Positions 35,753 to 44,689 of a DNA stretch of 60,809 nucleotides are shown one piece after another. Origin of the DNA: Minisyncoccota bacterium. Its GTDB lineage: Bacteria > Patescibacteriota > Minisyncoccia > Phycocordibacterales > UBA9973. The position numbers and the translations under genes were made by a program. The notes under the pieces were generated by a model. The model saw only the letters and a program-made list of their open reading frames with translations, did no database searches and had not been told where the DNA came from. Numbering within the stretch: the stretch's first letter is position 1; each line of letters opens with the position of its first letter. The stretch covers positions 1 through 60,809 of the forward strand of contig JAGOQI010000004.1 of NCBI GenBank assembly GCA_017991515.1. Direction: 5' to 3'.

Positions 35753-36391
35753 CTATTGTTGAATTTTTAAATTACGGATAGCAACCTGTGTGCTAACCTC
35801 AAGAGTAGTAGGAGATTGATTAACATCAGGATCAATTCTTATTTTAACACCAATTAATCTAACATCAGCTAGTAAGCCGTTAGTAGAAGAGACGACTCCT
35901 CCTGACCCTCCTGTATATGTAGAGTCATAGTATGTAAAAATAGGTATGCCATCAGGAATATTCCTAACTCCGGTCATAAAAACTTGTGTTTTTTTATTTG
36001 AAACATTATAGATCAATGGTGTGCCTGTTGGTTTTATAGTTTCTTTATTAAGAGTTGTACCTGTAAGACTATATCTAATCCATTCTTTTAACCCGTCATT
36101 ATCAATATCGCTATAAAAAGTAAAGCTATTGTCTCCAATAGACTCTATCGGGTAAGAACCGCTATTAGAAGGACTTGCAGAACGAATCTCTGCTGTCATT
36201 GGTCGTAAAAGTTTTTGAGCACTATCTCCTGCAGTAAGGCTATTACTAAAATAACGATTAAAAGAAAATACATCTCTTTGAAATTTTGAAATAACAATAC
36301 CTAGTATTGAAACTATCGATATAGTTACAACTAGTTCCATTAAAGAAAAACCATGATTAAGGTGAGATTTGTATTGTTTCATATGTATCAC
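35753..36391 (-). CDS. prepilin-type N-terminal cleavage/methylation domain protein (pilin or pseudopilin)
   Basis: class III signal ...NHG/FSLMELVVTISIVSILG with Glu at +5. Confidence 0.75.
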   Translation of the reverse strand: MIHMKQYKSHLNHGFSLMELVVTISIVSILGIVISKFQRDVFSFNRYFSNSLTAGDSAQKLLRPMTAEIRSASPSNSGSYPIESIGDNSFTFYSDIDNDGLKEWIRYSLTGTTLNKETIKPTGTPLIYNVSNKKTQVFMTGVRNIPDGIPIFTYYDSTYTGGSGGVVSSTNGLLADVRLIGVKIRIDPDVNQSPTTLEVSTQVAIRNLKIQQ

Positions 36392-38138
36392 TACTTATTG
36401 TAATATCTTTCTGTGTTGTCGTATACCCAGTTTTTGAAATAGTTATTGTATATGTTCCAGAAGATAACCCTCCAAAGTCTATTTGACCTGGTGGTAAACA
36501 TCCTGATGTGTAAGTAATAGCTACATCAGAGATAGAAGGTGTTTTTGAAGTGTCTGTAGTCGAAAGAAAAACTTTATATCTTAAATATTGATCTCCTGCA
36601 TGAATAGAAGCTATATTACTTGTTGATGTTGTATAGAAAGTTGCGTCTGTTCCATCAGGACCAAGAAAATTCCATGTTGTATTATCTAAATTTGTAGCAA
36701 TTTGAAAACGAATAGGATTAGTTCCCATACCTGTTGGCTGACTAGTTGGAGACCATATTAGCTGTTGTAGTGTTGCAGGAGCACCAAGATTTATTGTAGA
36801 AGAAACAAGCTCCCCACTATTAACATAAGTAGAACCTGATGAATTTAATTTTATTTGTCCTGGAGCATTAGTATAATCAATACCACCATCCGTGCTAGAA
36901 AAACGGCTTTTATCAGTAAAATCAACCTGACCAGAACCTCCATTCCAATCAGTTTGAGATATAGAACCAATACTTGTTTGACCAGAGAAAGTCCCAGATG
37001 GCCCACTTATTCCAACCGTAGCATCGGCTATAGGTAAGCCTGCAAGTTCTGTAACTGCTACAACTAACCGACTACCTGAAACAGCCGGCTTAATAGTGAG
37101 AAATACATCTTGACTTGAATTAGGAGGAATAGAAAGTGGAAATACAGGATTTGTTCCTGCTATTTCATAAGTACTTCCAGAAAGATTTATTTTATAAGTA
37201 TCCCACTCTATATTATTAATAGTGTTTGAAACACCAGAAGCGCTGAAGGCAATAGTATTTTTTAAAACATTTGGAGTACCTATCAACTTACTCCCCACAA
37301 AAGATCCTGAGACTCCTGTAATACTCGCACATTGAGCTGACTGAACCTTAAGTGCTATTGAGCTTATAGTATCTATGGCAAAAGTTGTTTGGCTAACAGT
37401 ATTGGCTACAACAGTTATATGAGGCTTTACAGGATTTGGATTGCCGGATCCTCCGGGTAAATAAGTTTGATCTGATGAATAACCTGTTTTTGAAACAGAT
37501 ATAAAATATTTCTCAGCCGAAGGGGGAGCATCCACAATAGTAAGAACTCCTGCGGAGTCAGTTATATCTGAAAAGTTAATTGCGGGAGAAACAGAGTTGT
37601 TTATTATAGAAACATTGGCATTTGCTACAGGTATTCCATTGGCATCAATAACCTTTATTACTAAAGCACCATTACCATTTTCTGTTTCTAGGCTTTTAGG
37701 AGCAACAGTGCTGGTATATTCAACTGATACAGACTGCGCACAACTTGTACAAATAACCTTTACAACCATCAATTTATTATCTGCGGGAGAAAGATCGTTC
37801 GGTGTTCCCCCAAGAGTTCCGTCAGCAGGAAGATCTATGTTTCGAATTGTAGTATTTACTGAAAATGTAACATTACCTCTAGAAACATTTTTCGTAGCTG
37901 GGATAACACCACTTGGAATACCTGAAATTATTCCAACATTACTATATTGAAGATTCCTAATAAATTCTATTTGTTCACTAGCTATTTGCGTAGCAATAGT
38001 TTTTGTACGAATACGAGCAGAGAGTTCTACTACTTTGGCATAGAGTTGATAAATAGCTAAAGAAAAAATAACAAAAAAAGCTGCTGCGACTAAGGTTTCC
38101 ATGAGTGTTGTACCTCGTTGTTTACCCTTATATCTCAT
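36357..38138 (-). CDS. giant pseudopilin with carboxypeptidase-regulatory-like beta-sandwich repeats
   Basis: 593 aa; prepilin-like KQRG/TTLMETLVAAAFFVIF; repeats such as LVIKVIDANGIPVANANVSI..TDSAGV..ISVSKTGYSS and GTYTITISKTGYTT. Confidence 0.7.
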   Translation of the reverse strand: MRYKGKQRGTTLMETLVAAAFFVIFSLAIYQLYAKVVELSARIRTKTIATQIASEQIEFIRNLQYSNVGIISGIPSGVIPATKNVSRGNVTFSVNTTIRNIDLPADGTLGGTPNDLSPADNKLMVVKVICTSCAQSVSVEYTSTVAPKSLETENGNGALVIKVIDANGIPVANANVSIINNSVSPAINFSDITDSAGVLTIVDAPPSAEKYFISVSKTGYSSDQTYLPGGSGNPNPVKPHITVVANTVSQTTFAIDTISSIALKVQSAQCASITGVSGSFVGSKLIGTPNVLKNTIAFSASGVSNTINNIEWDTYKINLSGSTYEIAGTNPVFPLSIPPNSSQDVFLTIKPAVSGSRLVVAVTELAGLPIADATVGISGPSGTFSGQTSIGSISQTDWNGGSGQVDFTDKSRFSSTDGGIDYTNAPGQIKLNSSGSTYVNSGELVSSTINLGAPATLQQLIWSPTSQPTGMGTNPIRFQIATNLDNTTWNFLGPDGTDATFYTTSTSNIASIHAGDQYLRYKVFLSTTDTSKTPSISDVAITYTSGCLPPGQIDFGGLSSGTYTITISKTGYTTTQKDITISSDTYETIQISP

Positions 38139-38139
38139 A

Positions 38140-39357
38140 TTAATTTATAGAATCCATTATCGAATACATAGGAGAGAGCATAGAGATAGCAAAAAATCCT
38201 ACAGCCACACCAATAAATATCATTAAAACAGGCTCAATAATAGTCGAAAGATCTTTTGTTTTATTATCAACTTCTGTTTCGTAAAAAGTAGCTACTTCTA
38301 AAAGCATGTCGCCTAAATTTCCAGTTTCCTCTCCCACCTCTATCATTTCTCCCATCATCACTGGATAAAGCTTAGTCTGAGCTTTAAAAACAGAAGAAAT
38401 AGGAACACCTTTTTGAACAACCTCTTCAACTTCGGCTAAAACAGCTTTGTAATAAACATTTTGAAGAACTTCTTTTGTTATCCCAATAGCCCTCCCTATA
38501 GAAACTCCTGAACTAAGCAAAGACGACATAGTTCTAGTTGTTCTGGCGGTATTAACTTCTTTTACAATTGTTCCAATAACTGGCAATCTGATAACCAGCC
38601 AGTCTATTTTTCTTTTTACTTTTGCATTTTTAAGAGCAAAAATAACTATAAAGACAACACTCACTATTCCAAGAACTACAAAAAGGAAGTTGTTAGCCAA
38701 TGTGTCACTAATCCAAACAACTATTTTTGTTGAAGCAGGGAGCTCTGTTCCAAGCTCTTTGAAAGTCTTAGTAAGAGTAGGTACAACATAAACAAACATC
38801 AATATTCCTATGATAAAAATAGCGCCTAAAATAATAGACGGGTACATCATAGCGCTTTTTATCTTTTTATTAAGAGCGTAGCTTTTCTCAAGAGTGACAC
38901 CTATTTCAGACAAAGTATTTGGTAGTCCACCAGACTCTTCTCCTGCTTTAACCATAGCCACAAATAAGGCAGAGAAAACTTTTGGATATTTTGCCAAGCC
39001 GTCTGAAAAAGTTCCTCCTTTGTTAATAGTCTCAGATAAATCCTCAATAATTTGTTTAAAATATTTATTTCTTGTTTGTTTTGAAAGTACTTGCAATGCT
39101 CTAGAGATAGAAAGTCCTGCCTTAAGCATTCCTGACAAGTTCTTTGTCATCAAAATCTTTTCACTTAGTTTTATATTACCTGCCCCAAAAGAAATAGAGT
39201 TTAATTTACCTAAAAGTCCTCCAGAAGATTGGTTGATAAATATTGGGGTCAATCCTTTATTTCTAAGTTCATTTATAGCCTCAACTTTATCGCGAGCTTC
39301 AATAACACCTTCTGAAGCAGTATTGTTTGCATTACGAGCTTTATAAGAAAATTTCAT
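38140..39357 (-). CDS. pilC: type IV pilus / T2SS platform protein (GspF/PilC family)
   Basis: 405 aa, two T2SSF repeats, three TM segments. Confidence 0.9.
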   Translation of the reverse strand: MKFSYKARNANNTASEGVIEARDKVEAINELRNKGLTPIFINQSSGGLLGKLNSISFGAGNIKLSEKILMTKNLSGMLKAGLSISRALQVLSKQTRNKYFKQIIEDLSETINKGGTFSDGLAKYPKVFSALFVAMVKAGEESGGLPNTLSEIGVTLEKSYALNKKIKSAMMYPSIILGAIFIIGILMFVYVVPTLTKTFKELGTELPASTKIVVWISDTLANNFLFVVLGIVSVVFIVIFALKNAKVKRKIDWLVIRLPVIGTIVKEVNTARTTRTMSSLLSSGVSIGRAIGITKEVLQNVYYKAVLAEVEEVVQKGVPISSVFKAQTKLYPVMMGEMIEVGEETGNLGDMLLEVATFYETEVDNKTKDLSTIIEPVLMIFIGVAVGFFAISMLSPMYSIMDSIN

Positions 39358-39409
39358 ACTTATATAAGTGTATCAAATTTTTAGTTTGTTTGTGTGTGAA
39401 ATATTTATT

Positions 39410-41158
39410 TTACTCACTAACTACACGCAATACTTCGTCGATAGTAGTGTTGCCTTGTATCGCTTGGAAAATACCGTCTTCAATCATAGTCATCATTCCC
39501 TCTTTTTTCCCTTGACCTTCTATTTCATCTGCAGTTCCACCACGGAGAATTATTTCTTTGATAGCTGAGCTTACCTTTAGTGCTTCGTGAATACCAACAC
39601 GGCCTTTATATCCATCTTCTGACTCTTCGCTACTTTTTGCTCGGAAAAATGGTATTTCTTTCCAAGGTGTTCCTGGTTTTATTATTTTTTCATTTTCCAA
39701 AAATGGTCGGAGGTGATCCATGTCTATAACATCACTTAGTGCTTTAAGTTCTCCGTCTGACAAGAAGTACTGCTCTTTGGCATTTGTTAGTCGTCGCACC
39801 AATCGTTGTGCCACAATAACTTTCGCAGTTGAAACGATAAGAAATGGTTCTACTCCCATATCTATAAGTCTCGGTACGGCACCAGCAGCACTATTGGTGT
39901 GGATAGTTGAAAGAACTAAGTGACCAGTAAGTGCGGCATTAACAGCCAAAGAGGCAGTTTCTCCATCTCGAATCTCTCCCACCATAATAATATTAGGGTC
40001 TTGTCGAAGAAGCGCTCGGAGTCCGTTGGCAAAAGTCATACCTATTTCACTCTTAACTTGTGTTTGATTTATACGAGGCATTTGATACTCAATAGGGTCT
40101 TCAACAGTTGATATATTTACTTCTGGAGTGTTCAATATATCGAGCATGGTGTACAAAGTTGTTGTCTTACCTGAACCAGTTGGTCCTGATGCTAAAACAA
40201 TACCTGAGTGTTGTTTCATTCCTTCATGAATTCTTTCCAAACTCTCTCCATGAAAACCAAGACCTTCCAAAGTAAAACCATGAGAGCCTTCCCTCAAAAT
40301 ACGAATAACCGTCTTTTCTCCATAATAAGTTGGCAAGGTTGAGACACGGAAAGAAACCGGCATTTCATCCATCACTATTTTAAATCGTCCATCTTGTGGC
40401 AATCTCTTTTCATCAAGCTTCAGGTTTGAAAGTACCTTGATACGAGCTGTTACTGCTGGAGCTGCTTCTTTAGGTAGCAACATGGCATCATGAAGTATTC
40501 CATCTATACGATATCGAATTATTAAATTCTCATCACTTGGTTCTATGTGTATATCAGAAGTATTTTGAAGTATGGCATGAGAAATAAGACTATCGACAAT
40601 CTTAATCACAGGCAAATCCTCTGCCATTTCTTTCAAATCCTTCTCTGTTGTTTTGTCGTCCTTATCTTCTACTTTTTGAATACTACCAACCTCTTTTTGA
40701 ATAATAGAGTCAAACTCTGCTTGCAAACTTTTCTTGTATTGTAATAAAACACTCTTTATAGACTCGCTATCTGTAAGTCTTGGGAGTATTCTAAGGCCTG
40801 TTTTTTTCTTTATGAAATCAATAGCGGGAAGATTATCTATATCCAACATACATATTTCCAAGTCTGTACCCCGCTTTTTATAAGCGATAATGTTGTACTT
40901 ACGAGCAATAGCTTCCGGTATCATATGTAAAACATCTCTATCAATTTTCTCTTTTTCTAAATTTAAATAAGGAATACCAAGTACATAAGCATGTAGTTTT
41001 TGTAATTCAGACTCTTTGATCTTGCCAGAAGATAGTAAAAAATCAGAAAGGCTTGTACCTTTTTTAATTTTTTCTTTTTCAAATATAGCCAAGTCATCTA
41101 CTGATACTATATTTGTATCAAGTAACAAACTCTGAAGTTTATTTTCATCAACAACCAT
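39410..41158 (-). CDS. pilB: type IV pilus assembly ATPase (GspE/PilB family), lacking the tetracysteine motif
   Basis: N-terminal GSPII_E_N-like domain, Walker A GPTGSGKTT, Walker B IMVGEIRD, His box GHLVLSTIHTN; only one Cys in the whole protein. Confidence 0.92.
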   Translation of the reverse strand: MVVDENKLQSLLLDTNIVSVDDLAIFEKEKIKKGTSLSDFLLSSGKIKESELQKLHAYVLGIPYLNLEKEKIDRDVLHMIPEAIARKYNIIAYKKRGTDLEICMLDIDNLPAIDFIKKKTGLRILPRLTDSESIKSVLLQYKKSLQAEFDSIIQKEVGSIQKVEDKDDKTTEKDLKEMAEDLPVIKIVDSLISHAILQNTSDIHIEPSDENLIIRYRIDGILHDAMLLPKEAAPAVTARIKVLSNLKLDEKRLPQDGRFKIVMDEMPVSFRVSTLPTYYGEKTVIRILREGSHGFTLEGLGFHGESLERIHEGMKQHSGIVLASGPTGSGKTTTLYTMLDILNTPEVNISTVEDPIEYQMPRINQTQVKSEIGMTFANGLRALLRQDPNIIMVGEIRDGETASLAVNAALTGHLVLSTIHTNSAAGAVPRLIDMGVEPFLIVSTAKVIVAQRLVRRLTNAKEQYFLSDGELKALSDVIDMDHLRPFLENEKIIKPGTPWKEIPFFRAKSSEESEDGYKGRVGIHEALKVSSAIKEIILRGGTADEIEGQGKKEGMMTMIEDGIFQAIQGNTTIDEVLRVVSE

Positions 41159-41165
41159 TGTTTAT

Positions 41166-41174
41166 ATTGTATCA
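41166..41174 (-). promoter_or_regulatory. extended -10 box (TGaTACAAT), 7 nt upstream of the pilB ATG
   Basis: minus strand TGATACAAT-ataaaca-ATG. Confidence 0.55.
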
Positions 41175-41195
41175 CGCCAAAAAAATAAGATAGAA

Positions 41196-41226
41196 ACAAA
41201 AAAAGCTCACAATGAGCTTTTTTTGT
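41196..41226 (-). terminator. bidirectional-shape terminator after the 41234-42601 gene
   Basis: AAAAAAAGCTCA-TTG-TGAGCTTTTTTT. Confidence 0.8.
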
Positions 41227-41233
41227 TTCTAGA

Positions 41234-42601
41234 TTAAAACTCTATAAATAAGAATTTTTTTCTAAGAGTTACACTTGCTTGGTCTGAAGCAGATAAGCTT
41301 CCATTTACACAGTTAATAGTATAAGTAGTATTTCTAGTTGGACTAACATCGATAGACCCATTCAACGCTCCCGCTGTAAATCCTATTCCTGAACAAGAAG
41401 TAGCTCCTGAAGATATCCAGCTAAGAGTCGAGCTTTCACCTGAAGCAATTTTTTCTGGTGTTGCAATTAAGTCTACTGTTATGCCTGGACCAGCAGTAAG
41501 TACAGTGACTGTTTTTTGGTCTACTGCATTTCCAAAAGGTCCAGTACACGACAGTGTAAATGTAGTAGTAGATGTTAGTGTTCCTGTTGAATCATGAGGA
41601 TAAGAACTAGTAACAGGTTTTGGTCCTGTCCAAGACCCGCCACTAGCTGTACAAGATGTAACATTAGAACTTATCCAAGATAGTGTCGCTGAGCCACCTG
41701 AGAATATAGACATTGGAGAAGCATTGAGTGTTACTGTTGGACCTTTTGTAGATGTCTCACAAGTACTACCATTCCAAGCTAAACCACTATCACAAGTAGC
41801 ATTTGCAGTAGACTGAGCAAGTTCTATAGAATTGTGATAAAGATAAAATGTAGTTGCGCCATAACTAAGAACAGTAGACTGAGAACCGCTAGCAAGAGGA
41901 GATGGTGTGAAAGAAGAAGGAGCACCTGTATTTCTAGTAATGGATGTTGAACTTGCTGTAAGATCAGCCGTTGTCCAATCAACAGTGCTATTACAATTAG
42001 CAGCTCCTGAGGCAATATTACAAGAATTTGCCAAAAGAGTACCTGTAGGTCCAGTATTATTTGGTACTACAACATTTTCAAAAGATAACCATCCAACAAT
42101 CTCACTCCCCCAAGCATAACCAAAAACATTATCACCTGAACGAGTTGCTCCATAAGAATACGGTGCTTGTTGTACACCTGCAGTATTTCTATCATGGTCA
42201 TTTGTTGAAGAGAAAGATACCCATCCATCCCAACCTTCACTTGCAGATGTAAATCTTGCCCAACCTTTTAAAGAGTTAGAGATCATTTGTGCTCCACAAG
42301 TACCAGCTGTACCTGCTGGACAACCAGTATTAAAATCAAGCCAGCCAATATTGTCATTCCACCCGTAACCTGTCCATGAGCCGTCAGTGCTTTGCATAAC
42401 ACTATATGAAACAGTTCCACATGTTGAGTTATTACTACAGTTTAAACTAACCCATCCAACAGTATCTGACCACAACCAACCAGTAACAGGAACTTCTCCG
42501 GCAGCAGAAACATTTTTTTGATTCAAATAGTTAAAACCAATATAAAAACTAGATACTACTAGAATAGATGCAAACAATAAAGTTATATATTTTTTAAACA
42601 T
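41234..42601 (-). CDS. secreted repeat protein: four Trp-rich repeats plus three Ig-like Ser/Thr-rich modules
   Basis: signal/anchor; GWLWSDTVGWVSLN, GYGWNDNIGWLDFN, GWDGWVSFS, GYAWGSEIVGWLSFEN; then the modules ATLSWISSNVTSCTASGGSW / STLSWISSGATSCSGIGF. Confidence 0.65.
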   Translation of the reverse strand: MFKKYITLLFASILVVSSFYIGFNYLNQKNVSAAGEVPVTGWLWSDTVGWVSLNCSNNSTCGTVSYSVMQSTDGSWTGYGWNDNIGWLDFNTGCPAGTAGTCGAQMISNSLKGWARFTSASEGWDGWVSFSSTNDHDRNTAGVQQAPYSYGATRSGDNVFGYAWGSEIVGWLSFENVVVPNNTGPTGTLLANSCNIASGAANCNSTVDWTTADLTASSTSITRNTGAPSSFTPSPLASGSQSTVLSYGATTFYLYHNSIELAQSTANATCDSGLAWNGSTCETSTKGPTVTLNASPMSIFSGGSATLSWISSNVTSCTASGGSWTGPKPVTSSYPHDSTGTLTSTTTFTLSCTGPFGNAVDQKTVTVLTAGPGITVDLIATPEKIASGESSTLSWISSGATSCSGIGFTAGALNGSIDVSPTRNTTYTINCVNGSLSASDQASVTLRKKFLFIEF

Positions 42602-42603
42602 AA

Positions 42604-42882
42604 TTAATTTTTATTAAGCGCCCCTTTTAATAAAACCGCTCTTTCTTCGTCTGTTAAAGGCTTAGAATCTTTTTGCATTTCTACTATGATAGCTTCTTTT
42701 TGTTCTTCAGGAATAGTTGTAGTATCACTATTTAAAGTATTTAATATCTGAACCTTTTCTTCATAAGTAGGCTCACTACTTTTGTTCCCATTTTTATATT
42801 TTATAACTAAGAAAACAATAACTAAAATAAAAATAATTGAAATAATCCAAGGTAAAATACTTTTTTTGTCGGTGTCTTGCAT
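42604..42882 (-). CDS. small single-pass membrane protein
   Basis: MQDTDKKSILPWIISIIFILVIVFLVI...; start chosen at the ATG 8 nt downstream of a TGtTAATAT box (42891-42899); its stop lies 2 nt from the next start. Confidence 0.5.
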   Translation of the reverse strand: MQDTDKKSILPWIISIIFILVIVFLVIKYKNGNKSSEPTYEEKVQILNTLNSDTTTIPEEQKEAIIVEMQKDSKPLTDEERAVLLKGALNKN

Positions 42883-42957
42883 ATACATATATATTAACAC
42901 ACAAAAGAACTACACAAAACAATATCCACAGCTTTTACACATTTTGAACTAGAAAAA

Positions 42958-42987
42958 TTGACAAATAGCACAATTCCTGTATATAAT
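42958..42987 (+). promoter_or_regulatory. consensus sigma70 promoter TTGACA-18-TATAAT
   Basis: TTGACA at 42958-42963 and TATAAT at 42982-42987, about 75 nt upstream of the 43063 ATG. Confidence 0.6.
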
Positions 42988-43062
42988 ATATTCAAATGTA
43001 CGAGAGTACTTTGACTTAAATTCTTGGCAATATCGCCTCATCTTCTAAATTTTTAAATAATC

Positions 43063-43974
43063 ATGAAAAAGATTTTAAACGCTTTGGGGATGAGCGTGTT
43101 GTTCATCTCTATATTTTTAGTGTCTTGTGGTAAAGGTTCTAACACCATAACACCACAACCAGATCCTCCACCTACACCTCCTTCCCCTGTTTATTCCATC
43201 AACTCAACAACTGTTTCTGATATTACTCAAACATCAGCTACAGTAACTACGACAGTTGGTGCTACGAACAGTGGAAATATCTATTCGAAAGGATTTTATT
43301 GGTCTGAAACCAGTCCGATTCCTGGAGAAAGTGATAATTTCTTAGATGGTGGAAGCGGTGCCGGAAGCATGACCAAATCTATCTCAGGGCTTTTGGCTAA
43401 CAAACCTTACTATGTAAGAGCTTGTTATAAAAAAAGTTCCACAGATAGTTGGACTTGGAACAGTGAAGTTAGCTTCACAACCTTGCCTGTACCTCCAAAG
43501 TACAGCGAAGGTCAAGTTATGCCCGATGGTTTCACAATCAATATTGTTTACAACAATGGTAACACTGCCAAAGGTGTTAAAAATGTTGGTGGTATCAACG
43601 GCTACGGGTTTGGTTGTATCGGTACTCCTACAGGTGCGACAGGTACAGCTATCGGAACAGGTATCACAAATACCAATACCATAGCATCTATTTGTCCTGT
43701 TAGTGCTGCCAAGCTTTGCTTGGATGCTGGAGGTTATCTTCCATCTACAGATGAAATGAAAGAGCTCTGGGACAAAAGAAATGTTGCTGGTATATCAGCT
43801 GTATTTACTACTTCAGAAGGTTCATTTTGGACTTCTACTGAAGTAGATGGTACTTATGCCAAAGCATTTGATTGGGGACAAGGAGTTTCTTTCACAAACT
43901 GGAAACAATCTGGACCAGGAAGTGCTCCACCATTAACAAGAGCAGGAGTAATAGCTGTAAAAAATTACAATTAA
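43063..43974 (+). CDS. lipoprotein with an Fn3-like domain and a DUF1566 (Lcl C-terminal-like) domain
   Basis: lipobox FLVSC; Pro-rich linker; ITQTSATVTTT...GFYWSE...KPYYVRAC..SFTT; C-terminal part GYLPSTDEMKELW ... FWTSTE. Confidence 0.6.
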   Translation: MKKILNALGMSVLFISIFLVSCGKGSNTITPQPDPPPTPPSPVYSINSTTVSDITQTSATVTTTVGATNSGNIYSKGFYWSETSPIPGESDNFLDGGSGAGSMTKSISGLLANKPYYVRACYKKSSTDSWTWNSEVSFTTLPVPPKYSEGQVMPDGFTINIVYNNGNTAKGVKNVGGINGYGFGCIGTPTGATGTAIGTGITNTNTIASICPVSAAKLCLDAGGYLPSTDEMKELWDKRNVAGISAVFTTSEGSFWTSTEVDGTYAKAFDWGQGVSFTNWKQSGPGSAPPLTRAGVIAVKNYN

Positions 43975-43990
43975 TTTTTTACTTAAAAGT

Positions 43991-44027
43991 AAATCCCGAC
44001 TTCAAATTGAAGTCGGGATTTTTTTAT
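43991..44027. terminator. bidirectional terminator between convergent genes
   Basis: AAATCCCGACTTCA-AA-TTGAAGTCGGGATTTTTTT. Confidence 0.85.
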
Positions 44028-44047
44028 TTATATATTTTGTTTTTATA

Positions 44048-44671
44048 TTAACAAGGCACTACTTCTGAACCTAGTTTAGATGAATTACTGTAGTTTCCAG
44101 GGACTATATTCCAAGCTCTGCTATCAGAATTTCTCTGAACATAACCCCACGAAGCTGGTACTTTTGTTTGTAGGTTTGCATCAAGCCACACATGAACACC
44201 AGAGTCTACTTGTGTCTCGCCTGTAGTATAAACAGTGGCAGGCGTTGCACAATTTCTTGAAACACTAACAGCAACACCATTAGAAACAGGAGGGAACCCT
44301 CCACCACCTCCTACAGTAGTCAAAAGGCAAGAAGTGAGTTTGCCTGTACTATCTGAACATACACCTGTAGCTACACTATTTGGATTTAAATTATTTATCT
44401 GAACATAACCACTTAAAACTTTTGCTCCGTCTGTTCTCCAAACAGCTAAATTATTTCCAGACATCAATCCTTTTGTTTCAAGCGTAATACCAATAGGATC
44501 AGTAGGAGTTCCACCTTTTGCTTGTCCAGTACTAGTAGTATTTATAAGACCTGAAACATCATTTGCTGGTGGATTGGCTGGAGCAGGGAAAGCTGAAGCA
44601 TACCGAACACCAAAACCTATAACAAGGATAACTAGGAAAGATTTTATTATGTCTAAATTTGTTTTTTTCAT
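44048..44671 (-). CDS. secreted protein P1: conserved PPxxNV/QxKGG N-module, Gly5 hinge, unique ~85-aa C-terminal domain
   Basis: signal ..RYASA/F; PANPPANDVSGLINTTSTGQAKGG; C.D...KL..C; GGGGG; ends in Cys. Confidence 0.7.
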   Translation of the reverse strand: MKKTNLDIIKSFLVILVIGFGVRYASAFPAPANPPANDVSGLINTTSTGQAKGGTPTDPIGITLETKGLMSGNNLAVWRTDGAKVLSGYVQINNLNPNSVATGVCSDSTGKLTSCLLTTVGGGGGFPPVSNGVAVSVSRNCATPATVYTTGETQVDSGVHVWLDANLQTKVPASWGYVQRNSDSRAWNIVPGNYSNSSKLGSEVVPC

Positions 44672-44689
44672 ATATTTATATTTTAAAAA

